A DNA stretch of 61,644 bases, counting the filler. It is 6 parts of 6 records of this genome, joined end to end, with 100 filler letters (N's around TTAATTAATTAA, not from the genome) between each part and the next. Parts side by side here need not be neighbours in the genome. Positions count along the whole stretch, not along the records: positions 52,348 to 61,644 come from SRR31156797_21973; 5 more parts are not named here. One strand, given 5' to 3'. The position numbers were made by a program, and so were the translations under genes. The notes beneath the pieces were generated by a model. It searched no databases, was not told the DNA's origin, and saw only the letters and a program-made list of their open reading frames with translations. This document shows positions 58,701-61,644 of this stretch, piece by piece. Positions within the stretch are counted from its first letter, which is position 1. The number at the start of each line of letters is the position of its first letter.

Positions 58701-60944
58701 TTATTTAATCTCAGCCTCCTTATGGGCATTCACAAACAGGATATTCCCAACATCCTCGTAACCTAAAAATAATTCTTCTCCATTGTGGTTTAATTTTTCT
58801 GCCCTGAAACCGATCAGGGTTAATCCTGCATCCTTCGATTTCTGATTGATGAGCATTTTGCTGCTGATGGATTCATTCCTTTTAATGATTTCAATATTTT
58901 TTGGTGAAATGGGAAGGCGACCGCTATCGATAAGATGCACCAGGTTTTCCCTTACCCGATCTTCCTCCAGGTCTTTACAAATGTCGAAAATCTTGATGTG
59001 GCTTCCCTGCCATTGTGTGTGCCTGAGAATGATATACCCCAGCAGGATCATCATATTGGAGTTTTCCGCGTCCGTGCTCTGAATCCAGATATGGATACCC
59101 CCGTCGAAATCAATCTTGCGGCGTGAACTACCAAGGATACAAATATCATAATCACCGGCCCGCACCAGGTTAAAGTTTTCGGTAATCCTGGTCAGGTTTA
59201 CCGGGTTTTCCTTATCAAATTCAAAGATAACCATGTTGTTTTCCATCCCGGAGATGCCCGGGAGTTGAATAATCTGGGCGATTGCTGATGTGTAACTGGG
59301 TGAAATAATCGTATCAAGGTAAACATTGCTTTTCTGCTTGTCAGATTTTTTAATCAACTCATCCAATGCTAATGTTGCCTTTTCGTGCATCGACCTGGAA
59401 TAATACCCCTCAATAAGGTGAATATAGGTACCAAAGCCATAATCATGAGAAATCCACGATAGCAGATCGAAGGCCTCATCACGTTGAAAGGAACCTTCTG
59501 AAACGCAAATGGCCGAAGGGCGCCACGATGTTCCGGCAAGGCTTTTCTTGGATTTTTGAAGATATACCTGAAGTTTGCGGTTTAACTGGAAAAACGCACC
59601 CTTAATTAACGCTTCCATACCCTGCCTTTCCTTGTGATAATAATTTACATAAAGGTAAAGTAGCGTCATAAAGGCCACTGCAAGCAAAGCATACGGAGTA
59701 TTCATCTTAAACATCAGCCACAAACTCATTACAAAACCGAGAAGTGACAAATACCACCTGGATTTGAAGGTAGGCCGGTATGAAGGATCCGCTCCAAAAT
59801 GATTGAGAAACGATATGAGATTAAGCGACCCGTATGTTACCATAAAAAACATAGAGATGATTTGAGCAACAACATTCACATCGCCCAACGCCACAAATAC
59901 AAATGCAATCAGCATTACAATAACTGATGCGTTGCGTGGCTCATTGCTCCCTGCTAATCCTTTTTCCAGGAAACGGTTGATGCCCTTGACGGGAAACGAT
60001 TGATCTGCCCCAAGTGCCTGTAAGGTGCGTGGAGCAACCATAATAGAACCTAACGCCGATGAAATGGTAGAAGCAGCCAAACCCAGCGGGATAATCCACC
60101 AACCCTGGAAGGAAATATCGCTCATAATTAACTGGTTGCTCACCAAATCCTCAGGTGGTGCTGAAATGGCTAACTTTAAAATGATGAACACATAAATAAT
60201 CAGTCCTGAAAAGGTCGCAACGGTAGTTCCCAGTGGAATGGACTTTCCAGGTTTTTTTAAATCCCCCGATAAACCAACACCTGCCGTCATCCCCGTAAAT
60301 GCCGGAAAAATAATGGCAAAAACAAAAAAGAAGTTATTGCCGTTGCGAAAATCATTCATCACAGCCGGAATATTAACCTCAGCGGAGAAATTAGTTTTCC
60401 CCATAAAGAAGAAAAGTATGGAAACAAATAATATAGCTACTACTCCATAAAGTGCCTTCACGCCTATATTTGCTCCCCTGGTTAGCATGAGGATTGCCAA
60501 AATCCCCATTGCAGGGAGGCTTACCACCTGCCTCGGAAGTTCAACTCCATAGTTTTTGGCATACCATACAAAGAGCGGATCGAATGCTTCTGCAAAGGCA
60601 ATTACATAAAAAGCCACACTTATGGCTTGTGACAGGAACAAAGCTATCCCAATCGTTGCCCCAACGTTCAAACCGAAAGAACGTGAAATAATAAAATATT
60701 CCCCTCCCCCTTCTACCTTTTGATTGGTAGCAATTTCAGAAATGGAAAGTGCAGTAGGGATAGTAACCAGATGCCCGATAACGATGATTAGCAAAACCCC
60801 CATGAAACCCAGGGTACCGACTGCAAAGCCAAAACGCAGAAATAATATAGCCCCGAGAATGGTGGAAATCGCTGTAAAAAATACAGGTGCTGTTCCAAAC
60901 CCCCTGGCATTTCCATCATTTGATTGTACGGGTATTTGCTTCAT
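58701..60944 (-). CDS. Cation-chloride cotransporter (SLC12/CCC)-like APC transporter
   Basis: TILGAILFLR, GGGEYFIISRSFG, IFPAFTGMTAG...SGDLK.P..SIP.GT, PSYRPTF, soluble C-terminal domain starting WRP. Confidence 0.9.
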   Translation of the reverse strand: MKQIPVQSNDGNARGFGTAPVFFTAISTILGAILFLRFGFAVGTLGFMGVLLIIVIGHLVTIPTALSISEIATNQKVEGGGEYFIISRSFGLNVGATIGIALFLSQAISVAFYVIAFAEAFDPLFVWYAKNYGVELPRQVVSLPAMGILAILMLTRGANIGVKALYGVVAILFVSILFFFMGKTNFSAEVNIPAVMNDFRNGNNFFFVFAIIFPAFTGMTAGVGLSGDLKKPGKSIPLGTTVATFSGLIIYVFIILKLAISAPPEDLVSNQLIMSDISFQGWWIIPLGLAASTISSALGSIMVAPRTLQALGADQSFPVKGINRFLEKGLAGSNEPRNASVIVMLIAFVFVALGDVNVVAQIISMFFMVTYGSLNLISFLNHFGADPSYRPTFKSRWYLSLLGFVMSLWLMFKMNTPYALLAVAFMTLLYLYVNYYHKERQGMEALIKGAFFQLNRKLQVYLQKSKKSLAGTSWRPSAICVSEGSFQRDEAFDLLSWISHDYGFGTYIHLIEGYYSRSMHEKATLALDELIKKSDKQKSNVYLDTIISPSYTSAIAQIIQLPGISGMENNMVIFEFDKENPVNLTRITENFNLVRAGDYDICILGSSRRKIDFDGGIHIWIQSTDAENSNMMILLGYIILRHTQWQGSHIKIFDICKDLEEDRVRENLVHLIDSGRLPISPKNIEIIKRNESISSKMLINQKSKDAGLTLIGFRAEKLNHNGEELFLGYEDVGNILFVNAHKEAEIK

Positions 60945-60961
60945 CTGAAATAATTTGTAGT

Positions 60962-60969
60962 CAAATGTA
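60962..60969 (-). promoter_or_regulatory. Bacteroidetes -7 element for the CCC transporter
   Basis: TACATTTG on minus strand, 18 nt above the start. Confidence 0.55.
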
Positions 60970-61176
60970 TAAAACCAATTCTTAACTTTTCCGGTAAATT
61001 TATAAAAGCCCGCGGCAACAAACGTAAAGCTACCATTTATGTTATCCGGGGTGTAAATAACATATATTTTCTATTGGGCTGTTAAAAAGCTGACCAACCC
61101 CCTTTCACATTTCTTAACAACGCAAAACCCTCTATTCTTGCTAATTTTGCGCCCTCAAATATAAAATATTTAAGTT

Positions 61177-61644
61177 ATGTTATTCGATCTTGATTTAATC
61201 AAAAAAGTATATGAGAAATTCCCCGGAAGAGTTGAAAAAGCCCGTCAAATTCTGGGACGACCATTAACACTCACTGAAAAAATTCTTTATGCCCACCTCT
61301 ATGATGGCGATCCAAAAAAAGTATTCAAAAGATCAGAAGATTACGTAGATTTTTCACCCGACCGTGTAGCCATGCAGGATGCCACCGCACAAATGGCTCT
61401 CCTACAATTTATGCAAGCCGGGAAAGATAAAGTAGCCGTCCCTTCAACAGTCCACTGCGATCACCTGATACAAGCTAAAGTTGGTGCAAAAGAAGATTTA
61501 AAAACTGCAAAAAACGCCAATAAGGAAGTTTTTGATTTCCTGGCTTCGGTATCCAATAAATATGGTATTGGCTTTTGGAAACCCGGCGCAGGCATTATCC
61601 ACCAGGTGGTGTTGGAAAACTATGCTTTCCCGGGTGGAATGATG
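61177..61644 (+). CDS. acnA: Aconitate hydratase (mitochondrial-type), N-terminal part; runs off the window
   Basis: Translated by hand: [69 protein letters not shown] -7 element at 61142. Confidence 0.95.
   Translation, partial: MLFDLDLIKKVYEKFPGRVEKARQILGRPLTLTEKILYAHLYDGDPKKVFKRSEDYVDFSPDRVAMQDATAQMALLQFMQAGKDKVAVPSTVHCDHLIQAKVGAKEDLKTAKNANKEVFDFLASVSNKYGIGFWKPGAGIIHQVVLENYAFPGGMM

Overview
This window is not one genome region. It is six unrelated contigs joined by identical 100-nt artificial linkers (44 N + TTAATTAATTAA + 44 N). Taxonomic labels are inferred from gene content and composition only. (1) 1-24730, Deferribacterota-like: chemoreceptor, two orphan acidic lipoproteins, ArsR plus a PEP-utiliser-like gene, a Desulfovibrio-type cytochrome c oxidase operon (c553-sco-coxA-C-D-B-ctaB), and a heme-c sensor two-component system divergent from an octaheme Hao-family cytochrome. 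(2) 24831-32045, AT-rich Arcobacteraceae-like: cbiB, a probable cobalamin uptake operon, a candidate anti-Shine-Dalgarno sRNA and a B12-dependent glutamate-mutase-like pair. (3) 32146-38810, GC-richer Desulfobacterota-like: KS/CLF + GT2 + B12 radical SAM lipid-tailoring cluster. (4) 38911-46024, Arcobacteraceae-like: MCP end, a 33-aa membrane peptide, TolC/MFP/split RND pump, argA-like GNAT, yihA. (5) 46125-52247, unassigned: large Cys-rich repeat surface protein, DUF1007 + Ni/Co transporter, DUF1566 lipoprotein. (6) 52348-61644, Bacteroidales-like housekeeping: recA, bcp, nth, ECF sigma, uvrA, yjbQ, CCC transporter, aconitase. No rRNA, tRNA, CRISPR array or transposase was recognised. The best candidates for novelty are the heme-sensor/Hao/oxidase respiratory island, the orphan sRNA at about 30553-30670, the KS/CLF + B12 radical SAM cluster and the B12 mutase locus.
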